IMG/VR virus record: IMGVR_UViG_3300032216_000291
Location: 1 to 28,664 of that record
Source: a virus
Taxonomy: Duplodnaviria; Caudoviricetes
Reading direction: 5' to 3' (one strand)
DNA length: 28,664 nt
The translations under genes were made by a program, and so were the position numbers. Numbering within the stretch: position 1 is the first letter of the stretch; each line of letters starts with the position of its first letter. Below, one piece after another: positions 16,541 through 26,270 of this stretch. The notes under the pieces are model-generated. The model had not been told where the DNA came from, made no database searches, and saw nothing but the letters and a program-made list of their open reading frames with translations.

Positions 16541-17485
16541 ATGGCTAATACTAGCGGAACGTCAACATTCAACCTTGATTTCAATGAAATTGCGGAAGAG
16601 GCGTATGAGCGTTGTGGAATTGAAATGCGTACTGGTTACCAGTTGCGTACTGCTAGGCGTAGTCTTAACTTGATTACGATGGATTGGGCTAGTCGAGGCA
16701 TCAATTTGTGGACGGTAGAAGAGGGCGAGATACCTCTTGTAGTGGGTCAGGTAGCCTACCCCCTTCCCGTAGACACAATTGACCTCCTAGACCACGTTAT
16801 ACGCCAAAATCAAGGCACTCAAAACCAAATTGACATTAGCATTACCCGCATTTCTGGGGTAACTTATTTGCAAGTACCTAATAAACTGGCACAAGGTCGT
16901 CCAATTCAGTTGTATGTAAACCGTCAGTCAGGAATGACCAATCTAAGCGATGCTTTGGTCGTTGGAAACGGTACAAACGGTACGATAACTGGCATAAGTG
17001 CAACAGATACCAACATTCAAGTAAACTCAACTGCTGATTTAGCCGCATCTGGTTATATTAAAATTGGCGCAGAGACTATTTACTACACCAGCATTGCCAA
17101 TAATCAATTGCAACTGTGTGCACGTGCTCAAAATAACACAACTGCTACCAGCCATGCGGCAGGTGCAACCATTTATCAGCAAAACTTACCGACTGTAAGC
17201 GTTTGGCCCACTCCCAATGACGGAGGAAACTACACATTGGTGTACTGGCGCATGCGTAGGGTGCAAGATACTGGGTCTGGAACTCAAGTTGAAGACATTC
17301 CTTTTCGCTTTTTGCCTTGTTTGATTGCGGCTTTGTCGTATCAACTGGCTGTAAAAAACCCCGAAGCAATGGACAGAGTCCAAATGCTTAAACAAATGTA
17401 TGACGAAGCATGGTTAACCGCATCTCAAGAGGATAGAGAGAAAGCCTCATTGAGACTTGTGCCTCGTCAAATGTTCTGGAATTAA
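16541..17485 (+). CDS. putative head-tail adaptor / tail tubular protein with an inserted beta module
   Basis: ARRSLNL...WASRGINLW, VWPTP and IPFRFLPCLIAALSYQLA pattern of podoviral adaptors; position after the head module. Confidence 0.65.
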   Translation: MANTSGTSTFNLDFNEIAEEAYERCGIEMRTGYQLRTARRSLNLITMDWASRGINLWTVEEGEIPLVVGQVAYPLPVDTIDLLDHVIRQNQGTQNQIDISITRISGVTYLQVPNKLAQGRPIQLYVNRQSGMTNLSDALVVGNGTNGTITGISATDTNIQVNSTADLAASGYIKIGAETIYYTSIANNQLQLCARAQNNTTATSHAAGATIYQQNLPTVSVWPTPNDGGNYTLVYWRMRRVQDTGSGTQVEDIPFRFLPCLIAALSYQLAVKNPEAMDRVQMLKQMYDEAWLTASQEDREKASLRLVPRQMFWN

Positions 17486-17488
17486 AAC

Positions 17489-17917
17489 ATGGCGAATGCT
17501 TACGCATCAGGTAAACATTCAATTGCCGAGTGTGATAGGTGCGGTCAGCGCTACATGCTCAAGGAGTTGAAGAAAGAGATTATCAAGACACGCCTTTTTA
17601 ATTTAAAGGTTTGTCCTGAGTGTTGGGACCCAGATCAGCCTCAGTTGTCATTGGGTATGTATCCAGTGTATGACCCACAGGCGGTTTTGGAACCTCGCCC
17701 AGATGTGAGTTACCAAATGTCTGGAAACAGTGGATTGCAGGTTTCTAACAGCAATACAACGGCACAAAATGCCAATGGTTATCCAGAGGGTGGTAGTCGA
17801 GTTTTTGAATGGGGATGGAATCCAGTTGGGGGTTCGCAGGGTTTTGACGCTAGTCTAACTCCCAACAGTTTGGTATTATCGTTTCAAATAGGTACAGTAA
17901 CAATTTCAACCAGTTAG
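17489..17917 (+). CDS. Zn-finger-containing conserved phage protein
   Basis: CDRCG...VCPECWD-PDQPQ. Confidence 0.75.
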   Translation: MANAYASGKHSIAECDRCGQRYMLKELKKEIIKTRLFNLKVCPECWDPDQPQLSLGMYPVYDPQAVLEPRPDVSYQMSGNSGLQVSNSNTTAQNANGYPEGGSRVFEWGWNPVGGSQGFDASLTPNSLVLSFQIGTVTISTS

Positions 17918-17926
17918 GAGTAGAAA

Positions 17927-18109
17927 ATGGGATACAAAAAAGCCGCAGATGGCATAGTTTCTAAAGGTAAAACAGACGCACAAGTCTTTCCTACTGATGG
18001 AAAAAAGATTATTGACAAAGGACCGAAGTCCAACAAAAGCAGTTTAAACAGCAACTACAAGTCAATGGGTCGCAACTTGGCACGTGCCGCTAATCAAAGG
18101 GGAAGATAA
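17927..18109 (+). CDS. small basic hypothetical protein
   Basis: AGGAG RBS; ADGIVSKGKT motif; MGRNLARAANQ. Confidence 0.7.
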   Translation: MGYKKAADGIVSKGKTDAQVFPTDGKKIIDKGPKSNKSSLNSNYKSMGRNLARAANQRGR

Positions 18110-18363
18110 TGGGATTCTCTAAAAAAGTCATGGGTAAAGAAGTTGGCGATGCCAAAGTCTATGCCCAGCCACATACACCAAGCGGTAAAGCGCTTGATGC
18201 AAAAGTTCCAACTGAAACTGGCGCTGAGTTTATGAATAAAATGAACCCATCTGTTGCTGGAATTAGTAAGGGTAACTACCCAGAGACAAAGACTTCTGGC
18301 ATTAAAATGCGTGGAACAGGTGCGGCAACCAAAGGAACCATGTCACGTGGTCCGATGGCTTGA
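18109..18363 (+). CDS. small basic hypothetical protein
   Basis: TAATG coupling; C-terminal KTSGIKMRGTGAATKGTMSRGPMA. Confidence 0.7.
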   Translation: MGFSKKVMGKEVGDAKVYAQPHTPSGKALDAKVPTETGAEFMNKMNPSVAGISKGNYPETKTSGIKMRGTGAATKGTMSRGPMA

Positions 18364-18373
18364 GGTTTAAACA

Positions 18374-19036
18374 ATGAATTACGCTGAATTAGTAACGGCT
18401 ATCAAAGATTATTCGGAAAATGACTTTCCGACTACTGATGTTGACCGTTTTATTCAACAAGCAGAACAGAAGATTTATAACGCTGTTCAATTGCCGTCAT
18501 TGCGTAAGAATGTTACTGGTACTTTGACCACTAACAATAAGTATTTGTCATGCCCAGATGATTTTTTGTCTTCTTTTTCACTAGCAGTTGTTGAAAATTA
18601 TGGTTTAAGCAATGAAAATTACACGTATCTTTTAAATAAAGACGTTAATTTTATTCGACAAGCCTATCCAAATCCAAAAGACACGGGTTTACCCTTGTAC
18701 TATGCCTTGTTTGGACCTCAATCTAACAACACAACCGAACTATCTTTTATAGTTGGACCTACTCCTGATGCGCTTTATACAGTTGAATTGCATTATTTCT
18801 TCTATCCTCCATCAATTAAAGTAACAACTACAACATGGCTTGGGGATAATTTTGATACCGCTTTACTTAATATGTGTTTAATGGAAGCCATTACATACAT
18901 GAAAGGTGAGCAAGACTTGGTTGTTCTTTACAAATCCCGTGCTGATGAAGCAATGGCTCTTCTCAAACAACTTGGCGATGCCAAAGAGAAAGGCGATTCT
19001 TATCGTGATGGACTACCTAAATATCCTGTCACATGA
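18374..19036 (+). CDS. putative head-tail adaptor / connector protein
   Basis: MNYAELVTAIKDY...FIQQAEQKI...P-YYA...VGPTPD...VELHY...TTTWL pattern of podoviral adaptors. Confidence 0.65.
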   Translation: MNYAELVTAIKDYSENDFPTTDVDRFIQQAEQKIYNAVQLPSLRKNVTGTLTTNNKYLSCPDDFLSSFSLAVVENYGLSNENYTYLLNKDVNFIRQAYPNPKDTGLPLYYALFGPQSNNTTELSFIVGPTPDALYTVELHYFFYPPSIKVTTTTWLGDNFDTALLNMCLMEAITYMKGEQDLVVLYKSRADEAMALLKQLGDAKEKGDSYRDGLPKYPVT

Positions 19037-19443
19037 TTGTCCAAACCATTACCACCTCGTTCGTAGTAGATATTCTGCAAGGCTTACAGAGTCTTACTAC
19101 GGATACCATAAAAATGGCATTGTACACAGCGGATGCCAATTTGAGCGCCAGCACAACTGCGTATTCTTCTGCAAACGAGGTATCTTCTGGAAACTACTCT
19201 GCTGGAGGTGCTCCGTGTTTAAACGTCACAGTCAACCAGTACAACGGGACAGTTTACGTAAGTTTTGATAATGTAAGTTGGACAAATGTTTCCTTTACTT
19301 GTAGGGGCGCTCTTATTTATAATGTCACCAAGTCAAACAAATCAATTGCCGTATTGAATTTTGGTTCAGATAAAACTGCTGGACCAAATTTCACTGTGAC
19401 GTTACCAGCAAATACATCAACAACTGCGTTGATAAGAGTTTAA
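19033..19443 (+). CDS. virion structural protein (paralog of 19655-20131)
   Basis: KMALYT...ASTTAYSSANEVS-GNYSAGG...ALIYN...NKSIAVLNFGSD. Confidence 0.7.
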   Translation: MIVQTITTSFVVDILQGLQSLTTDTIKMALYTADANLSASTTAYSSANEVSSGNYSAGGAPCLNVTVNQYNGTVYVSFDNVSWTNVSFTCRGALIYNVTKSNKSIAVLNFGSDKTAGPNFTVTLPANTSTTALIRV

Positions 19444-19456
19444 ACAGGGAATCAGC

Positions 19457-19645
19457 ATGTTAGTTACAACAACAAAAGGCGAAATGGAAGATTCTTTGTT
19501 GGAAAAGCGTGAAGGTAATGTTGACAATGAAAATGAATTAACCACATGGACTGAATATTGGTTGGAGGGTGAATTGGTTCACCGTTCAGTGCATGTAACT
19601 TTGAAAAAACCACTGCCAATGGGTGGTGAAACAGGCACTTTTTAA
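19457..19645 (+). CDS. small hypothetical protein
   Basis: AGGGA RBS; 62 aa filling the operon gap. Confidence 0.65.
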   Translation: MLVTTTKGEMEDSLLEKREGNVDNENELTTWTEYWLEGELVHRSVHVTLKKPLPMGGETGTF

Positions 19646-19654
19646 GGAACCATC

Positions 19655-20131
19655 ATGGCAAATACATCATCAATGTGCACCTCCTTTATGGGCGAGTTAA
19701 TGACTGCAACTCATAATTTTGGAGTTTCTCCCATTCGTCCTGCTACTACAGCAGATGTTTTTAAAGCGGCTTTGTATTTATCATCTGCTACCGTTAATGC
19801 TTCTACAACGGCGTATTCTTCTAGTGGAGAAGTTTCTGGTACTGGATATTCGGCTGGTGGCGTAACGGTAACAAATGCTACCGCTCCTATTGCAACAAAT
19901 AGCAGTATTACTGCTGGTGTTGCATATTGGACACCATCTGCATCTATTACTTATACAACAGTTACTTTAAGTACTGCATTCAATGCGGTATTGATTTATA
20001 ACTCAACTCAGAGTAATAAATCAGTTGCTGTATATACATTTGGAGATCAAACAATTACCGCTGGAACGTTTACGTTGACAATGCCATCTAACACCACGAC
20101 AACTGCTTTGGTGCGGTTAGCGACAACTTAA
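19655..20131 (+). CDS. virion structural protein (paralog of 19033-19443)
   Basis: KAALYL...ASTTAYSSSGEVSGTGYSAGG...VLIYN...NKSVAVYTFGDQ. Confidence 0.7.
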   Translation: MANTSSMCTSFMGELMTATHNFGVSPIRPATTADVFKAALYLSSATVNASTTAYSSSGEVSGTGYSAGGVTVTNATAPIATNSSITAGVAYWTPSASITYTTVTLSTAFNAVLIYNSTQSNKSVAVYTFGDQTITAGTFTLTMPSNTTTTALVRLATT

Positions 20132-20141
20132 AGAGGTTTCT

Positions 20142-21035
20142 ATGTCTACCACATGGGGCGAAGGCACATGGGGGGCGGGACCGTATGGAGGAAGAGACCC
20201 AGAATTCACAGGATGGGGTGCTGGGACTTGGGGCAGTAACTCTTGGGGCGGTGCTGGACCTATCAATCTAGTTGGCGTTGAAGCCACTGGAAGCGTAGGG
20301 TCGGTAACTGTTTTTGAAATTGCAGTTGCATTAACAGGGGTTTCGGCTTCTGGTGCAGTTGGAACGTTGGTTTATAGTGAAACAACTGGTACAACTGGTG
20401 ATGCGGCAGTAGGTTTGGTAGGAACGTTAAGTCCAACACTGACATTGGCTTTAACGGGTGTTTCGGCTTCTGGAGCGGTTGGTACAGTTGTTAAAGTTGT
20501 ATCGCCAACTTTAACTGGAGTACAGGCTACAGGATCGGTAGGAATAATTTCTAGGGGGGCAACATCGTTTGCTTTAACTGGAAACGCAATTGCAGGACAA
20601 ATTGGGAGCGTTATCAGAGATGCCAGTTTTGCTTTAACAGGCAAATTGGCTAGTGGTTCGGTAGGTAGTGTTGGTCAAACATTTAATTCAATATTAAATG
20701 GAGTTGAAATACAGGGTTCAATAGGACAAGTTGTTGTTCCATTGTTACCTAACACTATTAATGGACAGATTGGTAGCGTAACGGCAAGCAGGACAATTGC
20801 TCTTAATGGTCTTTCCATAAATGGAGTAATTGGTTCTGTTGGTTTAGGAACAAGAAGTTTTGCTTTAACAGGGGTTGGAGCAACTGGTCAAATAGGAACG
20901 GTAATAGCGGTTTATTGGAAAATAATTGATGACTCACAGACACCAAACTGGCAGAATATCACTGATACTCAGACAGCAAACTGGAATGAGGTTAGCAATG
21001 AACAAACAGCGGCTTGGTTGGAAATAACCACATAA
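20142..21035 (+). CDS. repetitive virion/tail protein
   Basis: N-terminal WG repeats, ~20-aa repeats of the type ALTGVSASGAVG, and C-terminal W-x-x-I-x-D-x-QT repeats. Confidence 0.7.
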   Translation: MSTTWGEGTWGAGPYGGRDPEFTGWGAGTWGSNSWGGAGPINLVGVEATGSVGSVTVFEIAVALTGVSASGAVGTLVYSETTGTTGDAAVGLVGTLSPTLTLALTGVSASGAVGTVVKVVSPTLTGVQATGSVGIISRGATSFALTGNAIAGQIGSVIRDASFALTGKLASGSVGSVGQTFNSILNGVEIQGSIGQVVVPLLPNTINGQIGSVTASRTIALNGLSINGVIGSVGLGTRSFALTGVGATGQIGTVIAVYWKIIDDSQTPNWQNITDTQTANWNEVSNEQTAAWLEITT

Positions 21036-21044
21036 GGACTTTAA

Positions 21045-21908
21045 ATGACAACAGCATATACATCACTACTAGGATTGGCTCTTCCAGTTACTGGAGAACT
21101 GTCTGGAGCATGGGGGGATGTTGTTAACAACTCCATTACTTCTCTTGTAGACTCAGCCGTTGCTGGAACAACTACATTGGCTTCTGATGCAGATGTTACC
21201 CTTACAACGACAACTGGCTCATCTAATCAGGCAAGGGAAGCAATTCTTTTATGGACTGCATCGGGAACTGTTACTAGAAATATTACCGCCCCAGCACAAA
21301 GCAAGGCGTACATTGTTATTAATGCAACTGGGAGTACACAGTCTATTGTATTGCGAGGTGCTGGACCAACATCAGGTGTAACCATCGTATCGGGAGAAAA
21401 GGCTTTATGCGCTTGGAACGGTACTGATTTTGTGAAAGTCTCCACTACAGCCACAGCATCATCGTTCTCTGCTGGTACAACTGGTTTCACCCCAAGCACA
21501 GCAACAACTGGTGCAATTACATTGGCTGGGACATTGGCGACAACAAATGGCGGAACAAACCTAACTTCATTTACTTCTGGTGGCGCTGTTTATGCAACAT
21601 CAACAAGTGTATTGACTACAGGTACATTGCCTGTGGCTAGTGGCGGTACAAATTTAACATCAGGAACTTCTGGTGGTATTCTTGCTTACACTGCAACGGG
21701 TACTTTAGCCTCTTCAGGCGCATTGACACAGTACGGTGTTGTGCTTGGTGGTGGCGCAGGAGCCGTTCCAACATCAACTGCCGTAGGTACTGCAACTTAT
21801 GTTTTGACAAGTAACGGGGCTGGTGTGGCTCCTACTTTTCAAGCACCAGCGGCAAGCGGCATTTCAACAGGTAAAGCCATCGCTATGGCAATGATTTTTG
21901 GATTCTAA
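21045..21908 (+). CDS. tail fibre-like protein
   Basis: LLGLALPVTGELSGAWG N-terminus; GTLxxxxGGT repeats typical of phage fibres; T/G/A-rich. Confidence 0.7.
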   Translation: MTTAYTSLLGLALPVTGELSGAWGDVVNNSITSLVDSAVAGTTTLASDADVTLTTTTGSSNQAREAILLWTASGTVTRNITAPAQSKAYIVINATGSTQSIVLRGAGPTSGVTIVSGEKALCAWNGTDFVKVSTTATASSFSAGTTGFTPSTATTGAITLAGTLATTNGGTNLTSFTSGGAVYATSTSVLTTGTLPVASGGTNLTSGTSGGILAYTATGTLASSGALTQYGVVLGGGAGAVPTSTAVGTATYVLTSNGAGVAPTFQAPAASGISTGKAIAMAMIFGF

Positions 21909-21917
21909 GGAGCAATC

Positions 21918-22319
21918 ATGGCAAACCCGAATATAGTCAACGTCACCAGTATTTATGGGAACACAGCCTATGTGTCCCCTTCTGCTACTTCAGTTTCAGT
22001 TGCTTGGACTTACAACGGTTCAACTTCTTTAACTGGTCTTACTCCAGCATCTGGCACAGTTAATAGAGTCACAAGTATTGTGGTATCTAATGTAACGGCA
22101 TCTGCGGCTAATGCCACAATTGCAATTGCAAACAACGCCACGTATGGTAGCGGAACACCATATTACATTGCTTATCAAATTAGCGTACCGCCAAATGCAT
22201 CTGTGATTGTGACTGATAAGACTACATCGTTTTATGTAACAGAAAGTCAATCAGTCGGTGTTACATCTGGAACATCAAGTGCATTGAACTATACCGCTAC
22301 ATTTGAAGCAATTACTTAA
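21918..22319 (+). CDS. tail-associated structural protein
   Basis: AGGAG RBS; MANPNIVNVTSIYG...ISVPPNAS, beta-sandwich-like. Confidence 0.7.
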   Translation: MANPNIVNVTSIYGNTAYVSPSATSVSVAWTYNGSTSLTGLTPASGTVNRVTSIVVSNVTASAANATIAIANNATYGSGTPYYIAYQISVPPNASVIVTDKTTSFYVTESQSVGVTSGTSSALNYTATFEAIT

Positions 22320-22332
22320 CTAGGAGGCTAAT

Positions 22333-23181
22333 ATGTCTCTTACGAAAGTTGGCGGAGTTCTTTCAGCCAGTTTAAACGGTCTTAACTATCCTGTAACAAC
22401 GGTAGAGTATCTTGTTGTCGCTGGTGGTGGCGGCGGTTCTTATAGTGGAAATCCCGGAGGTGGTGGCGGGGCTGGTGGATTATTGACTGCTACAGGTTAC
22501 TCAATCACTTTTGGTTCTACTATTACTGTTACTGTTGGCGCAGGTGGCCCGGGATTTTGGTCAGGAGTTTCTTATAACGGTTCTAATTCCGTATTTGGAA
22601 ATATCACCGCTTTGGGTGGCGGTGTTGGTAATGGTATATCTGGTGGTTCTGGTGGAGGCGGTAATTATAACACCACTGGGGGTTCTGGCACATCAGGTCA
22701 AGGAAACAATGGGGGTAACGGAGGTTATACTAACCCAAACTATGGGGGCGGAGGCGGAGGTGGCGCTGGTTCTGCGGGTTTAAATTCGGCTTCACCACTA
22801 TGGGCGGGTGATGGTGGGGCAGGATTAGTTTCTAGCATCACAGGTTCCCCTGTCCAGTATGCAGGGGGAGGTGGTGGTGGTGGATACAATGCCGCAAGGG
22901 CTTCATTAGGTGGTGGTGGTGGTGGTGGTAACGGTATAAATTTAGCCAACACAGCACAAAATGGTAATCCGGGCGTTGCAAATACTGGGGGCGGCGGCGG
23001 CGGTATAGGCGCAGGGGGCGGTATCAATCCTACTGGCGGTGCAGGTGGTTCAGGCATTGTAGTCATCAGATACCCATCAAATCTTGCTCCAGCCACATCA
23101 ACAACAGGTTCACCCAATACTTATATTTCAGGAACATACCGAGTGTATGTATTCACTGCCTCTGGCACAATCACATTCTAA
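22333..23181 (+). CDS. glycine-rich domain protein (putative adhesin / receptor-binding)
   Basis: VEYLVVAGGGGG...GGGGAGG...TVTVGAGG...ANTGGGGGG...GGSGIVVIRYP. Confidence 0.8.
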   Translation: MSLTKVGGVLSASLNGLNYPVTTVEYLVVAGGGGGSYSGNPGGGGGAGGLLTATGYSITFGSTITVTVGAGGPGFWSGVSYNGSNSVFGNITALGGGVGNGISGGSGGGGNYNTTGGSGTSGQGNNGGNGGYTNPNYGGGGGGGAGSAGLNSASPLWAGDGGAGLVSSITGSPVQYAGGGGGGGYNAARASLGGGGGGGNGINLANTAQNGNPGVANTGGGGGGIGAGGGINPTGGAGGSGIVVIRYPSNLAPATSTTGSPNTYISGTYRVYVFTASGTITF

Positions 23182-23189
23182 GGTTAACA

Positions 23190-25358
23190 ATGGCATCAGG
23201 ACTCTTTAATCTTAAAAACCAACTGCGTGGGCTTATTCAAAAGGCTTGGCCCAGACCACTTAGTTCTGCTGGAATATATGCTGGAGTATTTAGCGGTTCT
23301 AATAATTTAAGTCTTTCGGCAAACTCTGCTTTTGCATTTGGTTCTAATGATTACACAGTTGAGATGTGGGTTTACTCGCAAGGAACAGGTCAACAAATTC
23401 CTTATTGTTCTGGGGTTACAGGCACACTTAATTTTTATTTTAATTACAACCCAAGTGGTGGTTATATTGGTATAGGTACGCAAGCAGTATTTGTTTTACA
23501 AGCAACGGGCTTAACAATAAACTCTAATACTTGGTATCACATTGCCGCCAGTAGAGTTTCAGGAACTTTAAAATTGTTCTTAAATGGAACACAAGTTGCA
23601 TCAGGAACAGATAGTACAAATTGGATTCAAGCAGGTGGGCCTTTAATTGGTCAAACTGGTGGTGGGTCTTTATATTACACAGGTTCAATTACCAACTTAA
23701 GAGTTATCAATGGAACAGGGCTTTACACATCAAGTTTTACGCCATCAACAACGCCATTGACTGCTGTACCAAACACAGTTTTATTGACGCTACAAAATAC
23801 CATCTTTACTGACACTAGCGCAAACGCATTTGCAATTACAAATACTGGCGGAGTTACAACTCAACCTACAACTTTGTTTACCAACAATCCTTTGTACACA
23901 ATCCCATCAGTTGAATACCTTGTTGTAGCAGGTGGAAGTTCGGGGGGTGGAGGTGGATCATATGCTGGCGGTGGTGGTGGCGCTGGTGGATTACTTGCTG
24001 GAATTGCGTCTATTGCTGTAGGTTCATCTATTACTGTGACCGTAGGTGGAGGCGGCGCTGGAACTAGTGGCTTGGGAAATAATGGATCGAATTCTGTTTT
24101 TGGGAGTATTACTGCTAGTGGCGGAGGCGGTGGTTCCTATACGCAAACCGACAGTGGACTCAATGGAGGTTCTGGTGGAGGAGGTGGTGGTGGCACATCA
24201 GACACTTTTCATCCGTATGGCAATGGTATTCAAGGACAGGGTAACTCTGGTGGACTTGGGAAATATTATGCTAGTGGTGGTGGTGGCGGTGCTGGGACTA
24301 AAGGTATAGATGGTGCAGGTACATTCATTCCCTGTGGAAATGGCGGCGCAGGTGTTGCCTCGGCAATCAGTGGTGCTGTTGTTACATACTCTGGTGGAGG
24401 CGGAGGTGGAAGTTATGTTAGTCAGACAACTGGCAACGGAATTGGAGGTGTCGGAGGCGGGGGTACTGGCGCATACTATTCCTCTGCGGCTGGAACAGCA
24501 GGAACTGTTAACACGGGTGGTGGAGGTGGTGGAGGGAATCAAAACTTTGTAACATCAGGCGCAGGCGGCTCAGGCATTTGCATCATTTCATACCCAGACA
24601 CCTATAACGCACCTACAACATTAACAGGAACATATACTGCTTCTACAAGTGGTAGTGGTAGTTTTGCTCCTTTAAATACCTCAAGTTGGATTTATTACAA
24701 CGCTCCATCAAATCTTCAATTTGGTACTGGTGACTTTACTATTGAACTATGGGTGTACTTTACATCACTTTCTGGGACAAATTATTTAATTGATTTTAGG
24801 GGAACAAGTAATCCAACGGGAGCATCATTTGGTATGTATCAAAATAGTGCCGGATTACAATTATTTAATAACGCTACAACTATTAACTATGGAATGCCGT
24901 CCGCAAATACTTGGTACAACGTAGTATGGTCAAGAACAAGTGGAGTAACTTATTTTTTTGTTAATGGTACTTTAGTTAATTCTGGAGGTACAACAGATAC
25001 AGCAAACTACACAGCAGGTACAAATGGCCCATCTTTTGCTGGTAGTAGTTACTATGGTTTTTCTGCTGGTCTAAATTTTGGTCTTCAAGGATATATGTCT
25101 AATTTGCGGGTGTTAAAAGGAACAGGTTTGTATACATCAAACTTTACGCCATCAACAAAACCTTTAACTGCTATTACAAATACATCATTGCTTTTAAATA
25201 CTGTTTCAGGCGCTTATTTAGCAGATGGTTCAACAAATGCAAATGCCGCATCAGTTGCTGGCACAGTTTCATGGAACCAAGCATCCCCATTTGCAACAGG
25301 ACTAGGATACAAAAATCGTGTGTACACTTGGACAGCAAGCGGTACGGTGACCTTTTAA
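23190..25358 (+). CDS. LamG/concanavalin A-like + Gly-rich + LamG tail protein (putative receptor-binding)
   Basis: Two blocks of F/YTV/IExWVY...WY...R-SG...F-NG...G-ITNLRV/MSNLRV flank one Gly-rich domain. Confidence 0.85.
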   Translation: MASGLFNLKNQLRGLIQKAWPRPLSSAGIYAGVFSGSNNLSLSANSAFAFGSNDYTVEMWVYSQGTGQQIPYCSGVTGTLNFYFNYNPSGGYIGIGTQAVFVLQATGLTINSNTWYHIAASRVSGTLKLFLNGTQVASGTDSTNWIQAGGPLIGQTGGGSLYYTGSITNLRVINGTGLYTSSFTPSTTPLTAVPNTVLLTLQNTIFTDTSANAFAITNTGGVTTQPTTLFTNNPLYTIPSVEYLVVAGGSSGGGGGSYAGGGGGAGGLLAGIASIAVGSSITVTVGGGGAGTSGLGNNGSNSVFGSITASGGGGGSYTQTDSGLNGGSGGGGGGGTSDTFHPYGNGIQGQGNSGGLGKYYASGGGGGAGTKGIDGAGTFIPCGNGGAGVASAISGAVVTYSGGGGGGSYVSQTTGNGIGGVGGGGTGAYYSSAAGTAGTVNTGGGGGGGNQNFVTSGAGGSGICIISYPDTYNAPTTLTGTYTASTSGSGSFAPLNTSSWIYYNAPSNLQFGTGDFTIELWVYFTSLSGTNYLIDFRGTSNPTGASFGMYQNSAGLQLFNNATTINYGMPSANTWYNVVWSRTSGVTYFFVNGTLVNSGGTTDTANYTAGTNGPSFAGSSYYGFSAGLNFGLQGYMSNLRVLKGTGLYTSNFTPSTKPLTAITNTSLLLNTVSGAYLADGSTNANAASVAGTVSWNQASPFATGLGYKNRVYTWTASGTVTF

Positions 25359-25367
25359 GGAACAAGA

Positions 25368-26258
25368 ATGAGTGAATCTTTATTAGGCGGATTTCTTACG
25401 GCAACCTTTGACCCATTGGCGGCAGATAAAACCACGACTGTTGAATACTTGGTTGTGGCTGGAGGCGGCGGTGGAGGTGGCAACTATGGCGGTGGCGGTG
25501 CTGGAGGTTTGCTTACTGCCACAGGATATTCTATTACTGTTGGTAGTTCAATTACTGTAACTATTGGTGCTGGTGGCGCAGGTGGAGCGGCAGGAGCATA
25601 TGCTGGTACAAGTGGATCAAATTCAGCATTTGGTTCTTTAACTGCAATTGGTGGCGGTGGAGGAGGAGCAGGTAATCCACCTACAAATACACCCGCTCTT
25701 ACTGGTGGATCAGGCGGGGGCGCTGGAGTTCCTAATGGATCAGTAGGCGCTTCTGGAACATCTGGTCAAGGATATGCTGGTGGTAATTGTGTTTCAGATA
25801 ATTCAAACTACACCACAGGTGGTGGAGGCGGGGGTAGTGGTTCAGTAGGACTATCCTCAGCCTATAGCCCTAACGGCGGCAACGGAACAATATCTACAAT
25901 AACTGGCGCTAGAGTTGGATATGCAGGCGGTGGAGGCGGCTCTACAGACAATGCTAACAATACTGTTTACAGAGGCGGTTTAGGTTCTTGTGGTGGTGGA
26001 AACGGCGCTAATGGATCGGCTAATTCGGGAAGCACAGTACCCTCTACACCCGGTACAGCAAACACAGGTGGAGGAGGTGGCGCAGGGCAAATAGCGTATG
26101 GCAGTATATTACCTAGTTCAGGTGGATCAGGGATTGTGATTATTCGTTATCCAGCAAATTGTCCTGCTCCTGCAAGCACCACAGGTTTACAACAAGTTTT
26201 ATATAATTCAGGCTATCAAATTTATGTCTGGACTTCTTCAGGCACAATCACTTTTTAA
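25368..26258 (+). CDS. glycine-rich domain protein (paralog of 22333-23181)
   Basis: Same VEYLVVAGGG...GGLLTATGYSIT...GSGIVIIRYP...SGTITF architecture. Confidence 0.8.
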   Translation: MSESLLGGFLTATFDPLAADKTTTVEYLVVAGGGGGGGNYGGGGAGGLLTATGYSITVGSSITVTIGAGGAGGAAGAYAGTSGSNSAFGSLTAIGGGGGGAGNPPTNTPALTGGSGGGAGVPNGSVGASGTSGQGYAGGNCVSDNSNYTTGGGGGGSGSVGLSSAYSPNGGNGTISTITGARVGYAGGGGGSTDNANNTVYRGGLGSCGGGNGANGSANSGSTVPSTPGTANTGGGGGAGQIAYGSILPSSGGSGIVIIRYPANCPAPASTTGLQQVLYNSGYQIYVWTSSGTITF

Positions 26259-26270
26259 TGGAGTTTAAAC

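Noticed and set aside
22740-23117. Pro-rich minus-strand ORF and similar antisense or alternate-frame ORFs throughout
   Set aside because: These are shadows of Gly codons or of well-supported genes on the other strand or frame, with no independent support.
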